Origin: Raja brachyura
Taxonomy: Eukaryota
Length of the DNA: 64,000 nucleotides
Reading direction: 5' to 3'
Assembly: GCA_963514005.1 (NCBI GenBank)
Contig: OY740803.1
Span: forward strand, 20,088,001-20,152,000
Position numbers and translations under genes: made by a program. Shown piece by piece: positions 11,040 through 22,990 of this stretch. The notes beneath the pieces were generated by a model. The model did no database searches, was not told the DNA's origin, and saw only the letters and a list, made by a program, of their open reading frames with translations. Each line of letters opens with the position of its first letter. Position 1 is the first letter of the stretch.

Positions 11040-13795
11040 ATCACCAATAAATGTACTTACCACATCATTGGTACACGAGCTCCATTCTTCTCTCTCCGTT
11101 TCCAAAGATACACTTAAAATAATGCCAATTCATATTTGAAAACTCCGCCAAGAAACTCGTCACTGTTATGCCACATATTTTGCAACCAGTGAATAAGCAT
11201 GAAAAACAACATATCTATATTTGGTGTTCCATTTAACCAGAGTTTCATAATACGGTGTGATTCAACACCAATTCTGTGTTGCCATTGACCTTTATTTGAT
11301 GATTCTCCTGTGGAAAACGAGATTATGTAACTACTCCAGGGGTCTTTAATTGATTCCACCCACGTGACTAACATATGCCATCATCATAATGTATCAACAT
11401 GAAGCTGAGCATGTAGATATGCATATTTGCTCAATCACTCTTTAACCCATACAATACATGTAAGGGTCTTTAGATAGTTGATACCAATAAAAGAAGAATT
11501 GGTAAGTCATGCAAATCTGCTCCACCTCTAAACTCGAGATGATATTCACAATTTTGTGTCCGCCGTAAACGGCAACTGTGGCCCAATTTCCGAGCCAGTC
11601 TTGCAAGGCAATCTTGGCCCTTATACTGGGCCTCCCGAATTCTAACCTGCTTGGAATGCTAGTATTGTCCATTTTTACATGGTTAGACCCCTCAAAGTAG
11701 ATGATAATGTCTCAATCATTTGTATTGTATAACTAAGTGTACATCTTACCAAGTTGTAAGTGGTCCCTTAATTGTAGAGTAGCACAGGTAGAGTGCGTGG
11801 AACCTCTGGCCAGCTTTCATGCTGCCACCAGCTTCAGTGAACGGCTTACTGCCAATGAAGACGTGGGGTGCGTTGTCGCTGAAACTATGAAACCTTATTC
11901 ATTCCAATAGCTTGTGCTTCGTCCTCCAGGTTTCGCCTATGAAAAGGTCTTACCTGAATAAAAGATTCGGCAGCCAGCTCTAATGTCCCCCTGATAGTGG
12001 TGTTCACTGCATATGTGTTGGTATGGCAACCTTGCTGCCAGGCATAGACCTCTGGCACGTGCCCTGCATCCCTTGGGCATGCTCTACGGCTATACCCTCA
12101 GATTCGGCGTTATACTGATCCCGCATGCTCTCCTCTTACATGAGGGAGCCATTAAGCAGCCCTGTTACAAGGTGCTGCTGGCGCGGCTTCAGCAATATGC
12201 CGACTTTGCCATGGACCCGGCGTCAGACTAATACTGACGCGGCATGCTCTCCTCTTACATGAGGGAGACATTAAGCAGGCCTGCTACGAGGCGCTGCTGA
12301 TGCAATTTCCCATTTAGGGCCATTAGCACCATTTTGCAATATAATGAAATATTTACCTAACGGCTACTGGAGCAGTAATGAATACTGTTTGTCCATCATT
12401 GTGACTTTATCAACTTCAGCTATGATAACAATTTCGTTAACAATGACCTACATGGCACTTTATAGTTTACCATTTAACAAGATAACAGTTCTCCTACTTG
12501 CACAGCTGAATCCCATCTATACTATTGCCAATTAGTCTAACGACTAGAAGGCTGTTTTATAACAACAAAGCTGTTACAGGAGTCTATTGACTGCAATCTG
12601 TTGCCCAAGCCAGCGTCAACGGCCAATTGAATAGCTAAAGGTAAATCTCAATGTCCTACAAGTCTATTTGATAGGAACATAATCTAACTGGATAGAGGAG
12701 CCCAATTTCTCAAATATAATTTGAGACTTAACAGTGGATTTTAGCACATACATAACCAGTGTTTTTGAACTGTGAATAGTCCTCTTTGTATGCTTTTTTG
12801 TCATCATTCTGTTATATTGCCTTATCCTAGCAATGCCTCCTCATCCCCCATGATCACTGTAAATGGAATACCCTAATAAACAGCCTATTCCCATGAAGCA
12901 GCCCTGAACAAGGTACTGCTGGCACCCATGAAGCAGCCCTGAACAAAGGTGCTGCTGGTGTGGCCTTTCCCATAGGCCAGTATTTGCCATAGATTTGGCA
13001 TTCTCATGAAGCAGCCCTGAGCAAAGGTGCTGCTGGCACAGCCTCTCCAATAGGCTAGCCTGCCATAACTTGGCATCCCCATGAAACAGCCGTAGGCAAA
13101 GGTGCTGCTGGCACAACCTCTCTAATAGGCTGACACTGTCATAAACTTTACTGCTGGCGCGGGCTCTCACATTAACCCGCTCTGACCCAACTCCTGCTGT
13201 AGGAGTCTCTGGATTCACATTCCCGGGAATCTTTCTTTGTCGGACTGACCATTTTTGTCAGTTGTCCCTATATCCTGGGGATGACTGCGGTTTGGGATCC
13301 GCATTGCTGGATTTCCTCTCCCCAGAAATCCATATAAGTATATATATATACCCGCGGTAACCCTCCCGGTACCTGGGCTGACCGTTCAGGTCAGTTTAAC
13401 CCCATATCCTGGGACTGCTGCGGTCTGGAACCGCATATTCTTGGGTTTCCCCTCCCCGGGAACCCAACGTCTAGAGTCACTGACCGTGTTATCAGTGACT
13501 CCGATCGCGAAACCCGACATTCGCCAGCTCCCCGCTTCCGCGGTCGGATCAAGGTTTCCCCAAAGCCCTGAGCTGGTTCCCTTGTCGGCCGTCGCGAACA
13601 TCCCGCAAAAACCTCTGAGGTTCCTGCAGGAGCCTACAACAGGTAAGGAATACCACTTACCTGAAGTTTAGACTTCCCATTGGAGGAGCTCCGCTGCTCC
13701 ACCGGTCGCCTGCACGAAAGCTTCTGACGTAATGACGCACGTGTGGCTGTACGTGGTTTTTTACGTAGTCACTCACATGACTCAGAAGTAAAATT
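11040..13795 (-). mobile_element. Degenerate, 3'-truncated DIRS-like retrotransposon (second family)
   Basis: 13730-13795 (gacgtaatgacgcac...acgtagtcactcacatgactcagaagtaaaat) matches the 5' terminus of the DIRS at 49735-49805. Remnant GTPNIDM motif resembles the DIRS RNaseH/MT region. Confidence 0.6.
12885..13160. repeat. Tandem repeats (catgaagcagccctgaacaaggtgctgctggca) inside the degenerate DIRS; related pair at 12105-12303
   Basis: Four to five diverged direct copies are visible. Confidence 0.8.
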
Positions 13796-14464
13796 AGATA
13801 ATTGCAAGGATAGGATAGGTTTAGCGGGATATAGACCAAACGCAGGCAGGTGGGAATACTGAAGTTGGGATCTATTGGTCGGTGTGGGCAAGTTGGGCAT
13901 GTACAAACTCTGTACAGATAGCACCCGTAGTTGGGTATGGGCATGTTTCCGCGCACACAACCCTAATCCTACTTCGACAACAGAATCTAAGAACCACCTC
14001 TTGCAGTACAATGATTATTTTTCTACTTGTGTTTTGCACTAATGTATTGTTTTTTTCTGTAGTCTTATTTCTTTTTTGCTGCCTTGCGGAATGTATGTGT
14101 AATTTAATGTTAAGTTACATACAGCTTATGTTTTTACATGTTGGCTGAGTCTATGTGCCTGTGGTCCTGCTACAGGCGAGAGTTTCATTGCCCTGATTCT
14201 CACTGTATTTGTGGTGACGACAATAAACTCAACTGTACTGTATTTTGTTTCCCCACGTCATTCTGACATAGATCCTATGTGGCTCTTGGCATTTATTCAC
14301 CTTTAAACATTCCAAGACATCTAATACCACCATCTCAATACCTGCATGCTCAAACCCGAACTCCTTATACTCCACATACTTCACCTTGGTGAATACAGAT
14401 GAGAAGTATTCATATCTAGTATTTCCTCACCTCTTGGCCACGCATATCAATTCCCCCTCCTATT

Positions 14465-14778
14465 CTTTAGTTTAGTTTAGAGATACAGCGCGGAAACAGG
14501 CCCTTCGGCCCACCAAGTCCGCACCGCCCAGCGATCCCCTGCGCGTTAACACTATTCGACACACGCTACGGACAATTTACACTTATACCAAGCCGATTTA
14601 CCTACATATTTGTACGTCTTTGGAGTATGGGAGGAAACCGAAGATCTAGGAGAAAACACATGCAGTCACGGGGAGAACGGACAAACTCCGTACACACAGC
14701 ACCCATAGCCGGGATCGAACATGGGTTTCCGGAGTTGCAAGCGCTATAAGGCAGCAACTCTACCGCTGCGCCACCGTA
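14465..14778 (-). mobile_element. HE1-like SINE
   Basis: Consensus match. Further + strand copies at ~14960-15180 and ~15484-15785. Confidence 0.85.
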
Positions 14779-16149
14779 CATCGTACATGGCTCCCTCATG
14801 TGTATGATTGTGAAGGAGACATTCCCCTCCGTCCCCCCTTTCCATGGCTGCCTTCTTGTTCCTAATAACTTATAGAATGATTTAGGATTCTTCTTAATTG
14901 TATTTGCAGGAGATATTTCAAGACCTCTATTTCCTTGAAAGAACCCCCTATTATTGCAGCGTTATGGTGGCACAGCAGTAGAGTTGCTGCTTTATAGCGT
15001 CAGAGTCCCGGATTTGATCCTGACTATGGGTGCTGTCCATTCGAAGTTTGTACGTTCTCACTATAACCACGTGGGTTTTACCCAGGTGCTCCGGTTTCCT
15101 CTCACATTCCAAAGACGTATAGATTTATAGGTTAAATGGCTTCAATAAAAATTGTAAATTGTCCCTCGTGCTTACGATAGTTACATTGTTTTGTACCTGG
15201 CTCCATTAGCATGTAATGGCTTCTGCATTTTGAACTGTAAATAGTTAACGGTAGTTCTTGGCTGCAAAAGTGCCCGCGGCCATCAAGCCCAGACTGTTAC
15301 TGCTCAGGTTAAGGTGCTGAAAAAAACAATCATGTCTTAATCACACACACTACTACTGCTTGAGCAAAGTGTTTTTCCATCACCCCTGCCATGCCAAGAT
15401 GATCAGGCCAAGATACGGTGACTCTTTACATGCTGGTCCCAGAGGAGGGTGTGTTATCATCTGGGGCAACAGAGTGATGCATAAGGGGCGGCACAGCGGT
15501 AGAGTTGCTTCCTTACAGCGCAAGACGTCCGGGTTCGATCCTGACTACGGGTGCTGTCTATACAAAGTTTGTACATTCTCCCTGTGACCGCGTGGGTTTC
15601 TCCGGGTGCTCTGGTTTTCTCCCACAATCCAAAGACATACAGGTTTCTAGGTTAATTGGCTTCTGTGAAATGTAAATTGTCCCTAGTGTATAGGATAGTG
15701 CTAGTGTCCAGGGTGATCGCTGGTCGGCACGGACTCGGTGGGACAAAGGGCCTGTTTCCACACTGTATCTCTAAAGTCTAAATTCTACACAATCGCACCA
15801 CTTAAAAAAATCTTTTCCATCTGTAAATCTATCACTATTTCTAGACGATACAATGCTGAGAACTATATGCTGCACTCTGGTACCTTTAGCTTCACTCTAC
15901 CTTTTGTACTTGTGTTTGGTTTGATTGCATTTGTGTGCAGTATTATTTGACTTGATTGGGTAGTGCACAAAGAAAAGCCTTTCACTGTACACGTGACAAT
16001 AATAAACTTAAACCCTAAACCCAAGCTGCTAGTGAAACATCTCATGGAGGCTACGGCAAATGGAAAACCACGTGCGAGGGGCCCTAAAGTTTTGCAATGG
16101 GATGATCAATTCCCTTTAAGCATTACACATGATTTAATCAATACATTTT

Positions 16150-16710
16150 GAATGAATGAATAAGTTTATTGGCCAAATATTCACATACAAGGAATTTGCC
16201 TTGGTGCTCCGCCCGCAAGTGACAACGACATACAGTGACGGTTAAGAATGACACATGAAACATTAAACATTAATAATAAAACACTATTGATTAAACATGA
16301 ATTAAATAAAATACCAGAGCATAAGGAGGCTACAGAATTTTGGTTATTGAGTAGAGCTATTACTCGTGGGAAAAAAGCTGTTTTTCCATCTGGCCCTGGC
16401 AGCTTTGACAGTCCGAAGTCACCTTCCAGAGGCAAGTGAGTTAAAGAGTTTGAGGCCAGGGTGAGAGGGGTCAGAGATGATCTTACCCACTTGCTTCCTA
16501 GCCCTTGCAGTGTACAGTTCGTCAATGGAGGGAAGGTTGCAGCCAATAACCTTCTCTGCTGATCGGATGATTTGCTGCAGCCTCCGGGCGTCATGCTTGG
16601 TAGCTGAGCCAAACCAGACCATGATGGAGAAGGTGATGACAGACTCTACGATGGCCATGTAGAATTGGACCATCATTGCCTGTAGCAGATTGTGCTTTCC
16701 TCCACTGCCA
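16150..16710 (-). mobile_element. Rex1/Babar-like LINE 3' fragment
   Basis: ORF 16419-16727 (FYMAIVESVITFSIMVWFG...RLQQIIRSAEKVIG...DPSHP) is the typical C-terminal region; (attc)n tail. Confidence 0.8.
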
Positions 16711-16884
16711 CATTTTGACTGGAACATTTAATTCTATTATTTTCAACAACCAAAATGTTAGTGCATTTTCTAACATACCAAGCTCAGGAGGCACAAGAAA
16801 AGTGGAATTGATTTTATGAGATCTGAAAGATAGTAACTTTTTTTTGTATTATCTTTATACCTGCAGGTGAACTGAATTCTGGAA

Positions 16885-16948
16885 ATGGATTTATGCCTCA
16901 CATTTTATCTTTATTGCATTCTACACTTATGCGTACCCTCTGCTGAAA
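16885..16948 (+). CDS. IgSF gene leader exon (exon starts 16867): MDLCLTFYLYCILHLCVPSAE
   Basis: Acceptor ttatacctgcag ending 16866, ATG at 16885, hydrophobic signal peptide, donor AA|gtaagt at 16949 (phase 1). Confidence 0.8.
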
Positions 16949-17713
16949 GTAAGTACCTAAAACCCAGAGGCCTGGGTTCGATCCTGACCTCGGCTGCTGT
17001 ATGTGTGGTGTTTGCAAGTTCCCCTTGTGACGGTGTGGGTTTCCTCTGGTGCTCTGGTTTCCTCCCACATCTCAAAAGACGGATATTCAGGTTAACTGGC
17101 CTCTGTAAATTGCCCATGACTTGTAGGGAGAGTAAGCGAAAGAGGGATAACATAGAACTAATATGAACATAGAACATAGAACTAAGATGAACGAGTGATT
17201 GATGGTTTGTGCAGATTTAGTGGGCCGAAAGACCTATTTCTACGCCATATTTCTAAACTAATAGAAGTTGATGGAAGTTTATGGATATGCAGGGAATGGA
17301 GGCATATTGTTCATGTGCAGGCAGATGAGGTTAGTTTATGTTGACAAGATGTTTGGCACATTTTAGTTTTTAGTTCAGAGATACAGCATACAATCAGCAT
17401 AGGCCCACCGAGCCTATGCCAACCATGATCACCCGTACACTAGTTCTATGTTATCCCACTATTGCACCCTGCATACTTAGGACAACTTACAGGCCAATTA
17501 AACTACAAACCCGCTCGTCTTTGGAATACAGGAGGAAACCAGAGAAAACTCACATGGTCACAGGGAGAACTTGCAAACTCCACACGGATAGCACCCAAGG
17601 TAAGGATCGAACCCGGGTCTTTGCCGCTGTGAGGCAGCAGCTCTACTGTTGCAGCACTGTGTTCTAAAAGGCCTGTTCCTCTGCTGTACTCATCTATGTT
17701 CTATGATTTTCAG

Positions 17714-18049
17714 CATTTTTGCATTTGGTTTGTGACAAATCAGTGACAGGAATTCTGCATGAGGATGCCACCCTACCATGCAAAAGTGATACAACAGGTC
17801 CAATTAACATCACACTAATAAAACTGCATCAAGATCAAACCCGTGATGAAAAATTGATCTTTAACACAAGTGAAAATGTTCGCAGAGGTCAGAATCGAAT
17901 CCAATTACGTTGTCAAGATGAATTGCATTGTCCACATGATCTGTCGCTGATAATCCACAAAACGGAGCTGTCAGATAACGGAACATATCAGTATATTGTG
18001 CGTGCAAAACATGGACATGACTCTAAATTAATTAATTTGATAATTGAAG
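17714..18049 (+). CDS. IgV-set domain exon of a B7/butyrophilin-like single-V membrane protein
   Basis: Acceptor gattttcag, 336 nt, phase 1-1, donor AG|gtgagt. Motifs VTG.LHEDATLPC, LSLIIHKTELSDNGTY and final L.I.G strand. Confidence 0.88.
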
Positions 18050-18949
18050 GTGAGTAATATTGTACTTCCTCTGCTTTTCTTTCATTTAAAAAATATTGGT
18101 TAGAATTAATTATTAATAAATTGCAGCTTTCCACTTCCAAAGCACGTGTGAGTTTGGTAAACTTATGCAATGTTGAGGATTACATTCAGAAAGTATTACC
18201 ACGGCATTAAAAAAAACCCCTCTATTTTAATTTAGTGGGCAGTACAGTGGCACAGCTGTAGTTGAGCAGCTGCCTCACAGCGCCAGAGAACCGGGTTTGA
18301 TCCTGACCTCGGGTGCTGTCTCTGTGGAGTTTGCATGTTCTCCCTATGACCACGTGGGTTTCCTCCGGGTGCTCTGGTTTCCTCCCACATAACAAAGTTG
18401 TGTGGGTTGTGGGGATTAATTAGTCTCTATAAAAGAAAGCCTCCCCCTAGTGTGCAGGGAGTGGATGAATAAGTGAGATAATGTGTGGGGAGGAACTGCA
18501 GATGCTGGTTTAAACAGAAAATAAACACAAAATGCTGGAGTAACTCAGCGGGCCAGGCAGTATCTCTGGAGAGAAGGAATGGGTGACGTTTCTGGTTGAG
18601 ACCCTTATCATAGAGTGATAGTATGGAATCGGGCCCATCAGCCCACCGAGCCCATGCCAATCATGATCACCCATAAACTAGTTCTGTGTTATCCCCCTTT
18701 GCGCCCTGCACACTTTGGGCAACTTACAGAGGCCAATAAATCTACAAACCCGCACGTCTTTGGAATACAGGAGGAAACCGGAGAAAACCCACGCGGTCAC
18801 ATTGTGAGCGTGCAAACTCCATACAGATAGCACCCAAGGTGAGGATCAAACCCAGGTCTTTGCCGCTGTGAGGCAGCAGCTCTACTGTTGCACCACAGTG
18901 TTCTAAAAGGCCTGTTCCTCTGCTGTACTCATCTTTCTATGATTTTCAG

Positions 18950-19272
18950 CATTTGTGAATTTGGTTTGTAACGAATCAGTGACAGAATACTGCATGAGGA
19001 TGCCACCCTACCATGCAAAATAGATACAACAGGTCCAATTAACATCACACTAATAAAACTGCATCAAGATCCAACCCGTGATGAAACATTGATCTTTAAC
19101 TCAAGTGAAAATGTTCGTAGAGGTCAGGATCGAATCCAATTACGTTATCAAGATCCATATGATCTGTCACTGATAATCCATAAAACGGAACTGTGAGATA
19201 ACGGAACGTATCTGTATACTGCGCGTACAGATCATGGACATGACTTTGCGCTCATCACTTTGATCATTGAAG
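18950..19272 (+). pseudogene. Disabled tandem duplicate of the IgV exon
   Basis: Highly similar to 17714-18049, including the upstream SINE and acceptor. Has a 1-nt deletion (acagaatactgc vs acaggaattctgc) and TCA>TGA at ~19194. Confidence 0.85.
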
Positions 19273-20236
19273 GTTACTCATCCACTCCCTGGTGGATGAG
19301 GAAGTGAGTGGATGAGTAAGTGAGATCATGTGTTGGGAGGAACTGCAGATTCTGGTTTATACGGAAAATAGACACAAAATGCTGGAGTAACTCAGCGGGC
19401 CAGGCAGCATCTGTGAAGCGAAGGAATGGGTGACGTTTCGGGTCGAGACCCTTAGTCATAGAGTGATACAGTGTGGAAATGGGCCCTTCGGCCTAACTCG
19501 CCCACACCGGCCAACAGTGTCCCAGCTACTCTAGTCCCACTTGCCAGCGCTTGGTCCATATCTCTCCAAACCTGTCCTATCCATATACCTGTCTTATTGT
19601 TTCTTAAATGATGGGATAGTCCCAGCCTCAACTACCTCCTCTGGCAGCTTGTTCCATACACCCAAGATCATTTGTGTGAAAAAGTCGCTCCTCCGATTCC
19701 TATTAAATCTTTTCTCCTTCACCTTGAACCTATGTCCTCTGGTCCTTGATTCCCCTACTCTGGGCAAAAGACTCTGTGCATCTACCCAATCTATTCCTCT
19801 CATGAAGATTCAGTTTACATAGTAAATGTTGTGAGAATTGAGAAAATAGAAGGTTTTGATGGAGAAATATCAGATATTGATAAATTGTGCATCAAAGTGA
19901 CCTTTGTGGATGACAAGTAGAGAAGTCTTATTATTGATACAGAAAGTTCATCAGTTTTCTGCTATTTGAAGAGAGCAAGGAGCTGTAATCTATCCAGTCA
20001 TTTCAAATGAAAGCTAAATAAATGTGAAGGAACTGGATGATATTTGGCATTTCTGGCTTGGTGCCGTCCAATCTGCAACTCCAAAGCCCCCTTATCCTGT
20101 ATCTACCTATCACTCACCAGGATTTGTCATGCCCCCACCTCTTTTCCGGCTTTTCCCCCTCCCTCCTGCAGTCTTAAGAAGCGTCCTGACCTGAAACTCC
20201 ACCGATCCATGTCTTCCAGAGATGCTGCGTGTGTTA

Positions 20237-20462
20237 AGGGCCTGTCCCACTTTCACGACCTAATTCACGACCTCTGCCGACTTTGCCCTTGAATCATACT
20301 CGCAGCATGGCCGTCACGAGGCCGTAGGAGGTTGTAGGTAGGTCGTAGCAAGCTGTGATGCTAGTCGTAGGTATTCATGGCATCAAGTAGGTCGGGGCGT
20401 TTTTTCTAGCATGATGAAAAATGTCCACGAGTAAAAAAGGTTGTGAAAGTGGAACAGGCCCT
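20237..20462. mobile_element. PIF/Harbinger-type MITE
   Basis: TIRs agggcctgtcccactttcacgacc / ggttgtgaaagtggaacaggccct, inserted at a TTA inside a Penelope-derived repeat. Confidence 0.75.
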
Positions 20463-21596
20463 CAACTCCGGCACTTTATTTTTGTTTGTAAACCAGCATC
20501 TACATTTCTTTGTTTTTCCGACTTTCATAAGGTTTCATAGGCACTTATACCTTTAATGGTATATATGGACATATGGAGTTGGCAGTGATGTCCCCGAGAT
20601 AAAAGTCCAGAAATCCTAGTACTGGAAATCTGCATTGAGGATATCTGTTGAGTGTGTTATTTGGCTTGGACACTCCATTTATAGCAGCTCCTACAACTAT
20701 GATCTCTAGATTTGCAGATAAGACTGAGTAATGGAGAACTCTTAGCACATATTGTATCTCAGTTTACTTTAATCTCATGGTTCATTTGAGACCTGATCTA
20801 TCATGTAAGAAAGCAGTGGATTTAATCTGTGTAGTGAGTCCTATCAATGCAAGCCGTTGTATAAAGAAAGCTGGGAAAACAATATTTGTAATGCTGCATC
20901 GAATAAAAATGAACTGCAGATCCTGGTTAGACACAAAATGCTGGAGTAACTCAGCGGGTCAGGCAGCATATCTGGAGATTTTTTTTTTAGTTTTGTTTAC
21001 AGCCCACCATGACCGAGCTCCATCTAATGTCTTTTGAATGCATCCAGTGAGTTGGCCTCCACTGGCTTTTGAGGTAGAGAATTCCACAAATTCACAACTC
21101 TCTGGGTGAAAAAGAGTTTCCTCATCTCGGTTCTAAATGGCCTTCCCCGTATTCTTAAACAGTGGCCCCTGATTCTGGACTCCCCCAACATCGGGAGCAT
21201 GTTTCCTGCATCTAACGTGTCCAATCCCTTAATAATTTATTTAAATTTTTATAAGACACCCATTCGTCCTTCTAAAGTCCAGTGCATACAAGCCCAGTTG
21301 TTCCATTCTTTCATCATATGACAGTCCCGCATTCCCGCCTCAACCTACACTGCACTCCCTCAACAATAAGAATGTACATCATCAAGTTAGGAGACCAAAC
21401 CTGCACACAATACTCCAAGTGTGGTCTCATCAAGGCACTGTACAACTGCATAAGGACCTATTTGTTCTTATACTCAAATTATCTCGTTATGAAGGCCAAC
21501 ATGCCATTAGCTTTCTTCATTGGTTGTTGTAGCTGCATGCCTACTTTCAGTGACTGATGTACAAGAACACCCAGGTCTCGTTGCACTTCTCCTTTT

Positions 21597-21930
21597 CCCA
21601 ATCTGACTTTTCTGTCCTGGGCCTCCTCCATTGTCAGAGTGAGGCCCAGCGAAAATTGGAGGAGCAGCACCTCATATTTCGCTTCGGTAGTTTACACGCC
21701 AGTGGTATGAACATTGCTTCTCTAACTTCAGTTAGCCCTTGCTTTCCCTATCCATCCCCTTCACCTTCCGTTCAACCACCAGTCTTAGTGTATCTGCCTA
21801 CATTCTATATTTGCCCCGCCCCCTCCAGTGACATCAGTCCGAAGAAGGGTCTCGACCCGAAACGTCGCCCATTCCTTCGCTCCTGAGATGCTGCCTCACC
21901 CGCTGAGTTACTCCAGCATTTTTGGGTCTA
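21597..21930 (+). mobile_element. Penelope 3' fragment (GIY-YIG C-terminus plus LTR with hammerhead-like motif) inserted in CR1
   Basis: RKLEEQHLIFRFGSL matches 58030-58090; ccgaagaagggtctcgacccgaaacgtc at ~21839. Confidence 0.8.
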
Positions 21931-22270
21931 CCATTCAAATAATAATCTGCCTTCTTGTTCTTGCCACCAAATTGGATAACCTCATATTTATCCACATTAT
22001 ACTGCATCTGCCATGCATCTGCCCACTCATCCAACCTATCGAATTCACCCTGCATCCTCATTGCATCATCTTCACAGTTCACCCTGCCACCCAGCATTGT
22101 GTCATCTGCAACTTTGCTAATGTTACTTTTAATTCCTTCAACTAAATCAATAATATTTATTGTGAATAGCTGCACTCCCAGTATCGAGCCTTGTGACACC
22201 CTGCCAATCACTACCTGTCATTCTGAAAGGGAACCGTTAATCCCTACTCTTTGTTCCTGTCTGACAATCA

Positions 22271-22990
22271 TAGAAACAGAAACATAGAAAATAGGTGCAG
22301 GAGGAGGCCATTCGGCCCTACGAGCCAGCACAGCCATTCATTGTGATCATGGCTGATCGTCCCCAATCCATAACCCGTGCCTGCCTTCTCCTCATATCCC
22401 TTGATTCCACTAGCCCCTAGAGCTCTATCTAACTCTCTCTCTTAAATCCATCTAGTGATTTGGCCTCCACTGCCCTCTGTGGCAGGGAATTCCACAAATT
22501 CACAACTCTGTGGGTGAAAAAGTTTTTTCTCACCTCAGTCTTAAATGGCCTCCCCTTTATTCTAAGACTGTGGTCCCTGGTTCTGGATTCACCCAATATT
22601 GGGAACATTTTTCCTGCATCTAGCTTGTCCATTCGTTTTATAATTTTATATGTTTCTATATTCCCCCTCATCCTTCTAAACTCCAGTGAATACAAGCCTA
22701 GTCTTTTCAATTTTCATCATATGACAGTCCCACCATCCCAAGGATCAATCGTATGAACCTACGCTGCCCTGCCTCAATCACAAGGATGACCTTCCTCAAA
22801 TTAGGAGATCAAAACTGTACACAATACTCCAGATGTACTCTTACCAGAGCCCTATACAAATGCAGAAGAACCTCTTTACTCCGATACTGAAATCCTCTTG
22901 TTATGAAGGCCAACATTCCATTAGCTTTCTTCACTGCCTGCTGTACCTGCATGCCAACTTTTAGTGACTGGTATACAAGGACAATGCTGT
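22271..22990 (-). mobile_element. 5'-truncated CR1 nested inside the larger CR1
   Basis: Has its own (tagaaaca)n tail; flanked by acaatca at 22264-22270 and 22991-22997. Confidence 0.8.

Noticed and set aside
15484-15560. tRNA-like sequences at SINE heads (also ~34950-35015)
   Set aside because: They continue into SINE bodies and lack a complete cloverleaf; not tRNA genes.
16885-17166. 93-aa ORF read as a single-exon gene
   Set aside because: Only the first 21 codons are the leader exon; the rest reads through the splice donor into a SINE.
19810-20040. Coding-like purine-rich stretch as a possible extra exon of the IgV gene
   Set aside because: Stops in the likely frame, and no convincing phase-1 splice pair or recognisable domain.
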